From positions 1 through 62,269 of IMG/VR virus record IMGVR_UViG_3300032332_001372: DNA of 62,269 bases; one strand, 5' to 3'. The first letter of the stretch is position 1. The number at the start of each line of letters is the position of its first letter. The notes beneath the pieces are model-generated. The model saw nothing but the letters and a program-made list of their open reading frames with translations, searched no databases and had not been told where the DNA came from. This DNA is from a virus (taxonomy: Duplodnaviria; Caudoviricetes). Positions 1 to 9,173 of this stretch are shown one piece after another. The position numbers and the translations under genes are program-made.

Positions 1-123
1 AATTCATCAGCCCAGCCAGTTGTCCAGCCTGATGCTAAAACGGTCATACCCTCAAAGTTCTTGACGGTTTCAAAATGACCGCGCCATCCGCTAGTCTGGA
101 CATATTTACGACCCTTCTCCTCA
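1..123. repeat. Direct terminal repeat, left copy (identical to 62147-62269); most likely assembly overlap of a circular/circularly permuted genome
   Basis: aattcatcag...cttctcctca is identical at both ends. Confidence 0.95.
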
Positions 124-365
124 CCAAATAATTTATAAAACCAATCAGGAGATTCATCGTATTCGCCACGCGAAAAGTCGCTGCCAAAAATAACCTTTTC
201 CGCTTCAGGGTCACCATGGACCTTTAAAAGCGTTGAGGCGCCCTCAAGGTCTGATTGCTCGCAGCCATAACAGAATGTCTTTTCAGTCATATCTGAAATT
301 GCGTAGCCATCATCTTCTTGAATAACTTCTTCGCAACCTTCGCATTTTAAAATTGTTTCACTCAT
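1..365 (-). CDS. 5' part of a ~193 aa hypothetical protein with N-terminal CxxC pairs; continues across the junction into 62146-61930
   Basis: ATG at 365 (MSETILKCEGCEE...FCYGCEQ); in frame with ORF 61930..62193 after joining the ends. Confidence 0.8.
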   Translation of the reverse strand, partial: MSETILKCEGCEEVIQEDDGYAISDMTEKTFCYGCEQSDLEGASTLLKVHGDPEAEKVIFGSDFSRGEYDESPDWFYKLFGEEKGRKYVQTSGWRGHFETVKNFEGMTVLASGWTTGWADE

Positions 366-697
366 AGTTCGACCTCCTTGAGTTTTCTTTCCTTGGGAGT
401 AACTACGCCAGCCTCAATAAGACTTTGAGCGGTCCGTCCGTAGTGACCCTGGAGTTGCCAGGCAAGGTCAGTATCAACAAGGTGTTGAAACAATTTAATA
501 GTGCCGTCATAATCAAGTTCGCCTGTTTCATAAGCAATAATCGCGCCTACGCGGTCATAAGGCTTTTCTGTAGGGCAATCCGCATACGGATTTTCTTGAC
601 CTTCATTATCTTCACAGGTGCAAAAGTTAAACTTTTCAACCTGCGTGGCGTGAGTCAATTCCGCTAACTCTCCCCATGAAATTGATTCTTGGCTCAT
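362..697 (-). CDS. Hypothetical early protein
   Basis: 111 aa ORF, RBS, overlaps neighbours; LAWQLQGHYGRTA motif seen in phage hypotheticals. Confidence 0.75.
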   Translation of the reverse strand: MSQESISWGELAELTHATQVEKFNFCTCEDNEGQENPYADCPTEKPYDRVGAIIAYETGELDYDGTIKLFQHLVDTDLAWQLQGHYGRTAQSLIEAGVVTPKERKLKEVEL

Positions 698-804
698 TCT
701 GCTACCTCTCCCTCTATTTTGGATTTAATTGTTTCTTTAATTTTGTCGGTATCGACATTGCCAACACCAAGGATTACTACATGGTCATCAAACCAATTAC
801 TCAT
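694..804 (-). CDS. Small hypothetical protein (36 aa, MSNWFDDHVVILGVG...)
   Basis: Read manually; start/stop overlaps with both neighbours. Confidence 0.55.
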   Translation of the reverse strand: MSNWFDDHVVILGVGNVDTDKIKETIKSKIEGEVAE

Positions 805-1136
805 TAGGCAACCGCCTTTCCGAATTCAACATTGCGGAAACAGGATGCTTTGTAAGCAATTTCGCCTACCTGGTCTGCATAAACACCTGTAAGAGTTCCC
901 TTATCAGAAACTACGCCCTTACGAACAAATTGGCGGCTTACGGTCCAGGTATCATCCCAACCAAGTTCAATTCGAACCCGATAACCGTTGGATACTGGAA
1001 GTTCAATTCCGATAGTTTCGCCAGAGTTATTTTTATCAACCCCGACACGACCACCTGAAATTGCAAAGATGTTCATGCGCCCAATTTGAGCAATCAATTC
1101 ATCTTCGTTAAACGGACGACCTTCTTGCTTTGTCAT
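804..1136 (-). CDS. Hypothetical early protein
   Basis: 110 aa ORF with GAGAGGGG RBS and TATAAT upstream. Confidence 0.8.
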   Translation of the reverse strand: MTKQEGRPFNEDELIAQIGRMNIFAISGGRVGVDKNNSGETIGIELPVSNGYRVRIELGWDDTWTVSRQFVRKGVVSDKGTLTGVYADQVGEIAYKASCFRNVEFGKAVA

Positions 1137-1182
1137 TTTCTATCCCCTCTCTAGGATGTTCCGATTATATCACGGGAGTTGG

Positions 1183-1554
1183 TTATTGAGATACTTCTTG
1201 CTTCTTTGAAACGCTAAAGACTGATTCACCGAAATATTTAATTTCGACATCTTCAATCTTTTCAAATCCAAAGTCAGCGCAGATGTAAACCTGACCATCA
1301 ATTTCAATTTCATCTCCGACGCTTATCGCTGTGTGAGTGCGAAATTGAGATAACTTTGGCTCAATAATGTCCCAAAGTTGTCCGCTGTAAATGTTTGTTG
1401 CTTTGTAAATTCTTTCGCAGAAACCGATGTTTAATGAATCAGTAGTAAAATGAGTAAGGTCATAAATATTATGCTCAAACTCTACGGATGTTATAAACCG
1501 ACCCTGCTCAGCCTTATCGCCAAACGCCTTCCAGGTAATTTTTACTTTATTCAC
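1183..1554 (-). CDS. Hypothetical early protein (THTAISVGDEI motif, YodL-like resemblance)
   Basis: 123 aa ORF coupled to upstream gene. Confidence 0.7.
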   Translation of the reverse strand: MNKVKITWKAFGDKAEQGRFITSVEFEHNIYDLTHFTTDSLNIGFCERIYKATNIYSGQLWDIIEPKLSQFRTHTAISVGDEIEIDGQVYICADFGFEKIEDVEIKYFGESVFSVSKKQEVSQ

Positions 1555-1715
1555 TTTGCCCCCTCTTTGATTTTTTTCTGATGAAGTTGAATTAATCGAC
1601 CAATCGCTTTTGCATATTCTGCTTGCTTTGCAATTGGTTGAGCAAACATCGCTCTGTCTAACTGGTCTATTGCTTTCGCAATCTCTTGAGCAGTCATCTC
1701 TTCAAGCGCCTTCAT
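1551..1715 (-). CDS. Small hypothetical protein (MKALEEMTAQ...)
   Basis: ATG at 1715 with GAGAGAGG RBS and promoter. Confidence 0.7.
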   Translation of the reverse strand: MKALEEMTAQEIAKAIDQLDRAMFAQPIAKQAEYAKAIGRLIQLHQKKIKEGAK

Positions 1716-1761
1716 TTTGTATCCTCTCTCTTGGTTACAACCTGAGTATATCATACCTGGG

Positions 1762-2079
1762 TTAGTTATTCCTGTTGATTCTGACCTGCGACACAGGAAT
1801 TCCTCTTTCCTGGGCAAACTTCTTTTTTGCTTGAGCAATCGCTGAACGCTTTTCTTTAGATTCAGCAGTCAAGATTAAGAAGGCAACAACATTTGCCCAG
1901 CCCTGAGCATCTTCCTCAGAATCAGCAGCGTAAGTAGCCAACCATTCAGCAGCGCCGTGTAAATCGCCTACAGATGGTGATTTTGGAACTACTAATTCTT
2001 CGTGAAGGTATCTATCTACGGATTCGTAGTCGGAACTAATTCTGTTCCCCCACTTAAAGCCTTTGTAATCAAGCGCCAT
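1762..2079 (-). CDS. Hypothetical early protein
   Basis: 105 aa ORF, GAGAGGAG RBS. Confidence 0.75.
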   Translation of the reverse strand: MALDYKGFKWGNRISSDYESVDRYLHEELVVPKSPSVGDLHGAAEWLATYAADSEEDAQGWANVVAFLILTAESKEKRSAIAQAKKKFAQERGIPVSQVRINRNN

Positions 2080-2158
2080 TTTTATCTCCTCTCATTCATT
2101 TACAACCCCAGTTTAGCATAGATTATTCCATTGCTACAATAGGAGCAATCGTGTCCCC

Positions 2159-3844
2159 GTGACCCCGTGGCTAGGGTCCAATTTGAAACTTTTACGCATT
2201 TTGTCCGTTTTAGGGCTTATATCCTTTTGGGTCATTTTTCCAATGTCGGATTCAGCAAGCGCTAATGAAATCGGCTCACCAATGGGTCTTACAATCCAGG
2301 ACCAAGGCAGTTCAATTTTGCTTTCCTGGGATGCTCCAGCCGTCGGCTCTGTTCAACCTGAGCGCTATGCGATTATGTGGACTTGCCCTAGTTGCGGCAA
2401 TGGATACGGGATAGCAACTGGCAATGGTGGAGATGCGTCCGCCCTAAAAACTTTTATGGTAATTCCAAAAGAAATGCTGCCAGCCGATACTTATACTTTT
2501 CAAATTAGGTCAGACAATGACAGCCTTGGTGTTTATTCTTCATATTCAAACACGGCAGTAATAAATACTTCTAATCCAATTCCTTTACCTGATGTTTCAC
2601 CAAGTCCTGCGCCATCCGTAGTTCCTGCGCCTTCAGCCAGCGCAAGTCCTTCTGCAACTCCTGGACCTTTACCTTCTCCGACTTCAACGCCCGAGCCACA
2701 AATCTCACCCTCTGCAAGCCCACAGCCCAGCCCAACACAAACGCAACCAGCGATAGAACCAAATCCATCTCCTACTCCTTCACCAACTTTAAGTGCGGCT
2801 CCTGTGGCTCCAACACCTCAACCAACTCTTCCAGTCGTCCCAAGTCCATTGCCGTCGGAACCAACTCCCACTCCTTCTCCTTCACCTCAACCAACATCGG
2901 AACCATCACCTTCACCGATTCCAATGCCGCAACCTTCCGTAGAACCGATTCCTCAACCGCAACCGACCCAGGAACCTGCGCCGAATACACCTGAACCCAC
3001 ACCTGAGCCATCTATTCCACCACTCCCTTCCATTGACCCGATTCCCGATTCTGTTCGACCTGAGCCACCTGTAGTCGCGCCTGAGCCAGAACCCATTCCC
3101 GACGAGCCTGCTCCAACTCCCGAAGAACCTGCGCCAACTCCTGAGCCAGACCCTCAGCCCGAGCCTCCTGCGCCCGCGCCCGAAGAACCTGTGCCTCCAG
3201 TAGCCCCAGAAGAACCAGCGACGCCACCAGTAGAACCAGAAGCCCCGCCAGTAGAGCCTCCACCTATCGACGCCCCAGATAAAGAGCCGTTGCCAGAAGA
3301 GCCACCACCGTTGCCAGAAGAAGAAGAGAATTCCAACTTGCCACCTGAGCCTCCAATTCCAGGATTAATTCCAAATAATCCTGATTCGTTGCCTGATGAT
3401 ATTCCCAAACTTCCTGAAGAGCAAGCATTGAAGCCTCATGTTCAAGAAGATAAACCTGGAGTTGAAAACGGAGGCATTGAATTTTACGGAACTAAAACTC
3501 AGCCTCAAGTTATTGGCGAAGATGGAAATTTAACTCCACCTCCACCTGAACCTGGAAGCGGTGACCCAATTCCACCTGACGCGATTACAACTACTGAAAC
3601 TTTTATTGGTCAGCCTGGAGGCACAACTTTTAATGCTCCAGATATTGCTGTCCCAGTTGAGCCAATTGAAATCAATATAGATATTCCTGGAGTCGGTGAA
3701 TCGGTCCAGGCGCTTGCCGATGCTTATGTAGTCATGGCAAATATTGGAAACGATATGTCACCTATCACCCGCAAAAAAGCAAAGAAAATTCTGGTCGCAA
3801 CTTTAGTTGTCGGTCAGATTACACAACTAAGAAGGAGATTCTAA
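2159..3844 (+). CDS. Secreted/membrane protein: signal peptide, fibronectin type III-like domain, long Pro/Glu-rich stalk, C-terminal membrane-proximal domain
   Basis: Hydrophobic N-terminus; LLSWDAP...YTFQIRSDN FN3 pattern; long PT/PE repeats; hydrophobic C-terminus followed by RRR. True start may be TTG 2183. Confidence 0.8.
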   Translation: MTPWLGSNLKLLRILSVLGLISFWVIFPMSDSASANEIGSPMGLTIQDQGSSILLSWDAPAVGSVQPERYAIMWTCPSCGNGYGIATGNGGDASALKTFMVIPKEMLPADTYTFQIRSDNDSLGVYSSYSNTAVINTSNPIPLPDVSPSPAPSVVPAPSASASPSATPGPLPSPTSTPEPQISPSASPQPSPTQTQPAIEPNPSPTPSPTLSAAPVAPTPQPTLPVVPSPLPSEPTPTPSPSPQPTSEPSPSPIPMPQPSVEPIPQPQPTQEPAPNTPEPTPEPSIPPLPSIDPIPDSVRPEPPVVAPEPEPIPDEPAPTPEEPAPTPEPDPQPEPPAPAPEEPVPPVAPEEPATPPVEPEAPPVEPPPIDAPDKEPLPEEPPPLPEEEENSNLPPEPPIPGLIPNNPDSLPDDIPKLPEEQALKPHVQEDKPGVENGGIEFYGTKTQPQVIGEDGNLTPPPPEPGSGDPIPPDAITTTETFIGQPGGTTFNAPDIAVPVEPIEINIDIPGVGESVQALADAYVVMANIGNDMSPITRKKAKKILVATLVVGQITQLRRRF

Positions 3845-4017
3845 TGAAAGGTTTATTCAAAGACCTGGCAGAACAGATTTGGACTTTCGTAGGTCTGTTT
3901 TCAGCATGGCTTGTATTAACTGGCTCAGCAAAAACTGTTGTTGGTTACGCAATCCTAATTTCTATTTTCCTATGGATTACAACTTATCCAATCCGTAGAG
4001 ATAAGGACAAAGAATGA
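3844..4017 (+). CDS. Small two-TM membrane protein (57 aa)
   Basis: Read manually: MKGLFKDLAEQIWTFVGLFSAWLVLTG...; TAATG and ATGA overlaps. Confidence 0.75.
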   Translation: MKGLFKDLAEQIWTFVGLFSAWLVLTGSAKTVVGYAILISIFLWITTYPIRRDKDKE

Positions 4018-4253
4018 AAAATATCAATAATGTTTTAATGCGTATGCTTGCAGTATTTGCTGCATCGGGTCTATCGGTTATCGGCGCTGGTTCTTTGTTT
4101 GGACTAGAGCCAATTAAGTCCGCTGCTATGGCTGGCTTGCTTGGAGTTGCCACCGTAGTTGAAAGTATTTCTCGTTCTTTTCTCAACGATGGCAAACTCA
4201 CTTCAAACGAAATTAATGAAGCGTTTGCAAAGGTAGATAAAAAGAAGGCTTAA
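4014..4253 (+). CDS. Small membrane protein (holin-like topology)
   Basis: Two hydrophobic segments and a charged tail. Confidence 0.7.
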   Translation: MKNINNVLMRMLAVFAASGLSVIGAGSLFGLEPIKSAAMAGLLGVATVVESISRSFLNDGKLTSNEINEAFAKVDKKKA

Positions 4254-4966
4254 AGAAGAAACGCTTTCTTTAAATCTCGGACAGTCTTTTGAGCCTCTGC
4301 CCGCGCCTTGCTTTTTACTGGACCTAATTGAGTAGATTGAATAGCCCGATTCAAGAAATTGATGAGGGCTATTTGCTCTTCTCGATGCAAAGGCTTTTGG
4401 GCAAATTCTTTTTTGCGTTGAGCCTCTGCCCGCTTTTGTTTTTTTGCAGCAGCCGCAATTTGATTTCTTGTTAAACAAGATTTATCAATTGGCGGTAGCG
4501 CTTTATTATTGTGGCGAACTTTGTGAGTTTTGTATGATTCACGAAGTTGTTTTGCCAATTCGTTCCCGAAAGCATTTTTAACCAGGAATAAAAAGATTCC
4601 CGCAAATTCGGGTCCGTGTTTAGTTTTGTATGGCGCTAAGCAATGAGCCAATTCGTGAAGAATAATGGCTTCATTTCTAGCCCATGTGCCGAGTGTGATT
4701 CGACGACCCCCATAGGCTTTGCCGCCGCCTCGACCCGACTCGATATAAATTTGGCGGGTGCCAAATCTTTGTCTGAACCAGTATTGTTCACAAATTACAT
4801 TTAGGTATAACTGGCACTCATGGATAGAACTTTGTTTGGTGAGATTAAATTTAATCTCGGGAAAATTTTTACTCCCAGTCTTGATGACAGTTTTTCCTGC
4901 GTCATACAGGAATCTTTCAGCCGCATAATGTCGGCTTTTTTGGTTATCTCTAACCTCTTTCACCAT
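4250..4966 (-). CDS. Zincin-type (SprT-like) metallopeptidase/metallohydrolase
   Basis: IILHELAH...HGPEF motif. Confidence 0.7.
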   Translation of the reverse strand: MVKEVRDNQKSRHYAAERFLYDAGKTVIKTGSKNFPEIKFNLTKQSSIHECQLYLNVICEQYWFRQRFGTRQIYIESGRGGGKAYGGRRITLGTWARNEAIILHELAHCLAPYKTKHGPEFAGIFLFLVKNAFGNELAKQLRESYKTHKVRHNNKALPPIDKSCLTRNQIAAAAKKQKRAEAQRKKEFAQKPLHREEQIALINFLNRAIQSTQLGPVKSKARAEAQKTVRDLKKAFLL

Positions 4967-4980
4967 AGCAGTTTCCTCTC

Positions 4981-5106
4981 TTACGCTGCTTGAGCAACCT
5001 GTTGCTCTTTATGTTCTTGTTTTAAGTGGCGCCCAAGGCTTTCAAAAGCCATTCCGCCGCGGAGTTGCCATTCCTTCTCACATATTGAACAGATGACGAT
5101 TCTCAT
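4981..5106 (-). CDS. 41 aa C2H2-type zinc-finger protein
   Basis: Read manually: MRIVICSICEK...RHLKQEH; strong RBS and TATAAT. Confidence 0.65.
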   Translation of the reverse strand: MRIVICSICEKEWQLRGGMAFESLGRHLKQEHKEQQVAQAA

Positions 5107-5109
5107 ATC

Positions 5110-5260
5110 TGCCCCCTCTCATAACCCATTATACACTACTGGGGTTTGATATTCAAATCAAGATTACAAGTCCAGGCTCGGACACGCCGATATTTTAGGA
5201 TTGGCATGAGTTTGCATATCTAACCCCAGTAGGGTATATTTAGAAATGAGAGAAAGGAAA
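5110..5260. promoter_or_regulatory. Divergent early promoter pair, each with an operator-like AACCCCAGTA in its spacer
   Basis: TTGAAT..TATAAT on minus strand; TTGCAT..TATATT on plus strand. Confidence 0.7.
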
Positions 5261-5265
5261 CCAAA

Positions 5266-6114
5266 GTGGTTACAAAAGAGTTTGCAGTCAAAATTGACAC
5301 GCAACTATCTGAGTTGCACAACAAGCGCTGGAACATTCTTTCTGATTTAGAAAGCGCTCAAGATTCTTTAAAGTTCTACCAGAAGCATTACCCAAACGGC
5401 GTTGAAAAGATTTCTCAATACGAATCAAAGATTGTTGTTATTAGAGAAAAACTTTTTCAGGTTGGAAGTGAAATCTTGGATTTAAACAAGATTTATGACC
5501 AGGACCCATGGACAAGAGCGTTTTTAGTTATCAATAACAACGGTCATGTTCACAGTTCAATGGATTGCAATACTTGTTTTTCAACCACTCGTTACCAATG
5601 GTTGATTCAATACAGCAACGATGATGAGAAAACAATCGTTGAAGATGCTGGTCAAGATGCTTGCACAGTTTGCTACCCATCTGCTCCAGCAGATGTCTTA
5701 AACCGTCCTTCAAGAATTGTCACAGCGGACAAAATTGCTAAGGCTGCTGCAAAAGCAGAACGCGAAGCAAAGAAGGCTGCAAAGTTGGCAAAGCAAAAGG
5801 CAGACGCTCCAACAGCATCAGGAGAGTTTCTTTACTTCAAAGATGGAAAATACACAGAAGAGATTCGCACAGAGCGCACAGCGGTTTCTGAGTGGAACAA
5901 CCTTCAACAGTCAATCAACAGAGAAATTGTTACTCACTATTACAACGGTGAGCCTCACACAGAAGAATCTATCCAGCACCAAAAGGACCAAATTCTAAAG
6001 GCTCAAGATAAAGCGGACATCATCTGCAAAAGCCTTGCTGAGAAGCACGGCGTTTCATTTGACCAACAGTTAAAAACACTTCAAACTAAATACAACAAGA
6101 GGAGGGTGGCATGA
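5266..6114 (+). CDS. Hypothetical early protein with His/Cys metal-binding cluster
   Basis: GHVHSSMDCNTC and ACTVCYP motifs; early promoter and RBS. Confidence 0.8.
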   Translation: MVTKEFAVKIDTQLSELHNKRWNILSDLESAQDSLKFYQKHYPNGVEKISQYESKIVVIREKLFQVGSEILDLNKIYDQDPWTRAFLVINNNGHVHSSMDCNTCFSTTRYQWLIQYSNDDEKTIVEDAGQDACTVCYPSAPADVLNRPSRIVTADKIAKAAAKAEREAKKAAKLAKQKADAPTASGEFLYFKDGKYTEEIRTERTAVSEWNNLQQSINREIVTHYYNGEPHTEESIQHQKDQILKAQDKADIICKSLAEKHGVSFDQQLKTLQTKYNKRRVA

Positions 6115-6233
6115 AGTGTTCAAAATGCGGAAGCCAATTTAGGCTTCAAAAAATGTGGTATGGATTCATTTGCGGGTCTTGTGAAATAGACCAGTCAATG
6201 AAGCAATACGGCTTGATTTCAAACAAAGAATAA
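6111..6233 (+). CDS. 40 aa zinc-ribbon protein
   Basis: Read manually: MKCSKCGS...ICGSCE; ATGA overlap. Confidence 0.55.
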   Translation: MKCSKCGSQFRLQKMWYGFICGSCEIDQSMKQYGLISNKE

Positions 6234-6269
6234 TATAAACTACAGTTATAAACCTAGAGAGGGGGAAAC

Positions 6270-6926
6270 ATGAGCGCCAAGGTAGAAGATTTATTTGCAG
6301 ATTTAATTAAAGCAACTGGCGAGCCATTGCACTCAGATTTACTCCCATATCTTGAAGATGGAGTTCTGGGCAAGCAATTGCGTCACCCATTGGTTTATCA
6401 AGTTCCACTATGGGCTAACGGTCATGCCAACGCTTATTACTTACAGAAGAAAAAAGCGGTTGCAGAAGCCTTAGAAAATAAGAATTATAATTCTTATGTA
6501 TATTTGCATGAACGCCCATATCGATTACAAGCATTTATCCAAATTGCAGATAAATTGTCTGATACAAAATATTGGACTTTGCTTAGTTCGATTTGGACCG
6601 ACACAGAAAATCAATGGCAAAACCATGAAATTTGGAAAACATTGCTTTCATCAAAGCGTTCTAATCGTCACTACCTATCAGGAGAAGAAGGCGACAATTT
6701 GTTGCGCTCATTACCTGAAGAGGTAACAATTTATCGTGGGTGCCAACCAGGATTAAACGAAAACGGATTATCCTGGACCCTGGATAAAAACAAAGCAAAA
6801 TTCTTTGCCAATCGATTTGGTGAAGAGGGAATCATCTTAGAAAAGAAGATTTCCAAAGCAAGTATCATTGCGGTCCTTTTGGGTCGTGGTGAATTCGAGG
6901 TTATCTACGAGGGGGTAATCAAGTGA
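6270..6926 (+). CDS. Putative ADP-ribosyltransferase-fold protein (R-S-E type)
   Basis: TIYRG, GLSWT, GEFEVI motifs in C-terminal half. Confidence 0.55.
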   Translation: MSAKVEDLFADLIKATGEPLHSDLLPYLEDGVLGKQLRHPLVYQVPLWANGHANAYYLQKKKAVAEALENKNYNSYVYLHERPYRLQAFIQIADKLSDTKYWTLLSSIWTDTENQWQNHEIWKTLLSSKRSNRHYLSGEEGDNLLRSLPEEVTIYRGCQPGLNENGLSWTLDKNKAKFFANRFGEEGIILEKKISKASIIAVLLGRGEFEVIYEGVIK

Positions 6927-7072
6927 TAGAAAACTATTTCAACCGAAAAGGCATCAAATTGTCCCGTAAGGGTCAGCGTTGGGCAGATAATGCCGAGGCA
7001 ATTGTGTTCTTGGTCTTTATATTGCTCGCATTTGGCATTGTGGGGTCCATAGAGAGCGGTAGGTGGTTCTGA
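6923..7072 (+). CDS. Small single-TM protein
   Basis: Read manually; GTGA overlap; hydrophobic C-terminal half. Confidence 0.55.
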   Translation: MIENYFNRKGIKLSRKGQRWADNAEAIVFLVFILLAFGIVGSIESGRWF

Positions 7073-7074
7073 CC

Positions 7075-7239
7075 ATGGGATTACTCAAGCGACTATGGAA
7101 CCTGGCTCACAGCGACAGTTTAGGGGCTATTTCGCCCGAATCTTTGCGGCGTTTACAGCGCTGGGAAAATGAGCGACATCTCCAGGAATTAGCGGATAAG
7201 CGACACGCTCAACAGGATTTGAATACTAAACCAGAGTAG
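7075..7239 (+). CDS. Small hypothetical protein (MGLLKRLWNLAH...)
   Basis: Read manually; directly follows previous ORF. Confidence 0.45.
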   Translation: MGLLKRLWNLAHSDSLGAISPESLRRLQRWENERHLQELADKRHAQQDLNTKPE

Positions 7240-7275
7240 GTTATACTGGTTATACATCGAGAGAGAGGAATCAAG

Positions 7276-7692
7276 ATGACTCAAGCAGCAGTTAAAGCAA
7301 AAGCGGCATACGAGATTTATGTCGAAGCATCCGAAGCGGCAGAAGCCGCGGTCCGTGCTTGCCGACCAACTCCAATGGTTGTTGGTAGCGCAACAACTCC
7401 ATTCGGAAATGAAATCGACGAAACAAAGCCAACATATTATGTTGAAGGCGGTGTTTGCGGATTCGCTTCCGTAGTAATTAAGCCAGCGCGTGGTTCGTTG
7501 GTAGCGCTACTAAAGCAACGCGGTATAGGGCGAAAGTCTTATTACGGCGGTTGGGATGTTGCATCCTGGGAGTTTGCACCAAGTATTCGCCGCGACCAGA
7601 GTTACGAAAGAGCGTGTGCAGCAGCAGGTGCAGCAGCCGCGGTGCTTCGTAGTTATGGAATTAGCGCGGGAGTAGATTCCCGAATCGACTAA
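7276..7692 (+). CDS. Hypothetical early protein (GVCGFA motif)
   Basis: Own promoter, GAGAGAGG RBS, followed by terminator. Confidence 0.8.
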   Translation: MTQAAVKAKAAYEIYVEASEAAEAAVRACRPTPMVVGSATTPFGNEIDETKPTYYVEGGVCGFASVVIKPARGSLVALLKQRGIGRKSYYGGWDVASWEFAPSIRRDQSYERACAAAGAAAAVLRSYGISAGVDSRID

Positions 7693-7703
7693 AACAAAAC
7701 AGT

Positions 7704-7740
7704 TCACCCGCTAATCACCGTTCTGATTAGCGGGTGATTT
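7704..7740 (+). terminator. Intrinsic terminator
   Basis: Perfect 14 bp stem tcacccgctaatca/tgattagcgggtga followed by TTT. Confidence 0.75.
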
Positions 7741-7796
7741 GTATACATAAAGTCCTACCTTTCTACTTTATGTATGCAATTGTGGTGTATCCTACT

Positions 7797-7890
7797 TGTG
7801 TGGGCGCCCCACAGTTCCGTGGAGTCGATTGCCCGTTATGCCATCCTCTCTCACCAGGCGTGATGTGTGCGCCTCCACGGAACACCTAAA
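7797..7890 (+). ncRNA. Candidate structured small RNA with anti-RBS loop
   Basis: Intergenic; TATCCT -10 just upstream; nested stems 7814-7824/7873-7883 and 7835-7842/7857-7864; loop AUCCUCUCUCACCA. Confidence 0.4.
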
Positions 7891-7980
7891 TTTTATGCTT
7901 AACTTAACCTGGGTTATATTGTAAATTGTCAGGTTTATCTGATACCTTAGAGCCAGGTTCGCAAACTACCTAAACTAAAA

Positions 7981-8520
7981 GTGAAGCCAGTCCGATACTG
8001 GCAACATAGATATATCGCAGCCAGCGATAAGAAAATGTTCGCTCCAAACTTTGGAGGAATATTGCGCACTTATGAAAACAAACTTGTAAATCCATTCACT
8101 ATCGCATTAGCAGCAGCGATACTTATTACGACTAATCCATTACAGATTCCCAAAGACGCACCCGCAGCAGCGGATGAACCTGTAATTGTTCAACCAGTAT
8201 TGGTTGAAAGAACGCCCGAAGCGGCAAAAGAATACGCAAAAACAAAGATGGCTGACTACGGCTGGAAATCTCCTGCTCAATGGGTTTGCCTCCTGGATTT
8301 GTGGACGGGCGAATCAAACTGGCGACCAGATGCCTATAACAAGCAAGCCGTATATCAAAATGGCGAGCGCCTTCATGCGGGCGGGATACCTCAAATTTTG
8401 GGACTTGACCCAGACACCACCGTGGAGCGCCAAATTGAAAGAGGCTTCATTTATATTCAATCCAGATACGACACGCCATGCGCAGCAAATAATTTTTGGC
8501 ATACCCATTTTTGGTATTGA
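7981..8520 (+). CDS. Lytic transglycosylase/lysozyme-like muralytic protein with N-terminal TM (real start probably downstream, near 8062)
   Basis: CLLDLWTGESNWRPDA...GIPQ...YIQSRY.TPC.A...WY pattern. Confidence 0.75.
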   Translation: MKPVRYWQHRYIAASDKKMFAPNFGGILRTYENKLVNPFTIALAAAILITTNPLQIPKDAPAAADEPVIVQPVLVERTPEAAKEYAKTKMADYGWKSPAQWVCLLDLWTGESNWRPDAYNKQAVYQNGERLHAGGIPQILGLDPDTTVERQIERGFIYIQSRYDTPCAANNFWHTHFWY

Positions 8521-8533
8521 GTAGTATGCGGGG

Positions 8534-8791
8534 ATGGACAAAGAGAATTTTGCGGAAGAACAGCCGCCCACCCCTCAAGTTTTTGCGGTAAGCAATGATG
8601 ATGTAAAACCCTGGGATTTATTAAACCCAAACACGGTTTTTGTCGATAGCGCAAGCCAAAAAGCAAGATTTGAGATATGTAGAACTTGCCCAGAGTTCTT
8701 GGCTATAACAACTCAATGCAAAAAATGCGGGTGTTTTATGAAACTAAAAACTAAATTGGAAAAAGCCACTTGCCCGATAGGGAAATGGTAA
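8534..8791 (+). CDS. Cys-rich small protein
   Basis: ICRTCP...CKKCGC...CPIGKW; leaderless -10. Confidence 0.7.
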   Translation: MDKENFAEEQPPTPQVFAVSNDDVKPWDLLNPNTVFVDSASQKARFEICRTCPEFLAITTQCKKCGCFMKLKTKLEKATCPIGKW

Positions 8792-8800
8792 TTTCTACGG

Positions 8801-9073
8801 ATGGATAAACAAGAAAAACCATCTGCTATTGATGACGCCCTTGCTGAAATAGCAAGGATTGCTTTTCCTGACCCTGCGATATGCACGGGTTGGGTTTTGG
8901 TATCTGAATGGTTAGGCAGCGGTCCCCAAGATTACTGGACTTTAACCCTTGCAGATAGCCAACAACCAGAATGGCGCCATAAAGGATTACTTCGACACGG
9001 TTTAGAAACATGGGGAGATGATGACCTTGGAAACGAATCAAACGAAAGTCCAGAACCAAATCGAGAAGGATAG
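8801..9073 (+). CDS. Hypothetical protein
   Basis: 90 aa ORF in operon. Confidence 0.65.
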   Translation: MDKQEKPSAIDDALAEIARIAFPDPAICTGWVLVSEWLGSGPQDYWTLTLADSQQPEWRHKGLLRHGLETWGDDDLGNESNESPEPNREG

Positions 9074-9173
9074 AAAAGCCCTCTACGAAAAACTTATGCA
9101 AGAGCGGTATGGAATTCCGACACGCGGAGATGAAATACAGGAAAACTCTCAACCATAAGTTTAGAATTACTAC

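Noticed and set aside
1-123. Terminal repeat as a biological DTR or attachment site
   Set aside because: It falls mid-ORF and its length fits an assembler overlap; it only supports circularity
2571-3408. Minus-strand ORFs, including a Gly/Ser-rich one
   Set aside because: Shadows of the Pro-rich plus-strand gene
7797-7890. tRNA or tmRNA
   Set aside because: No cloverleaf or T-loop consensus; kept only as a candidate sRNA
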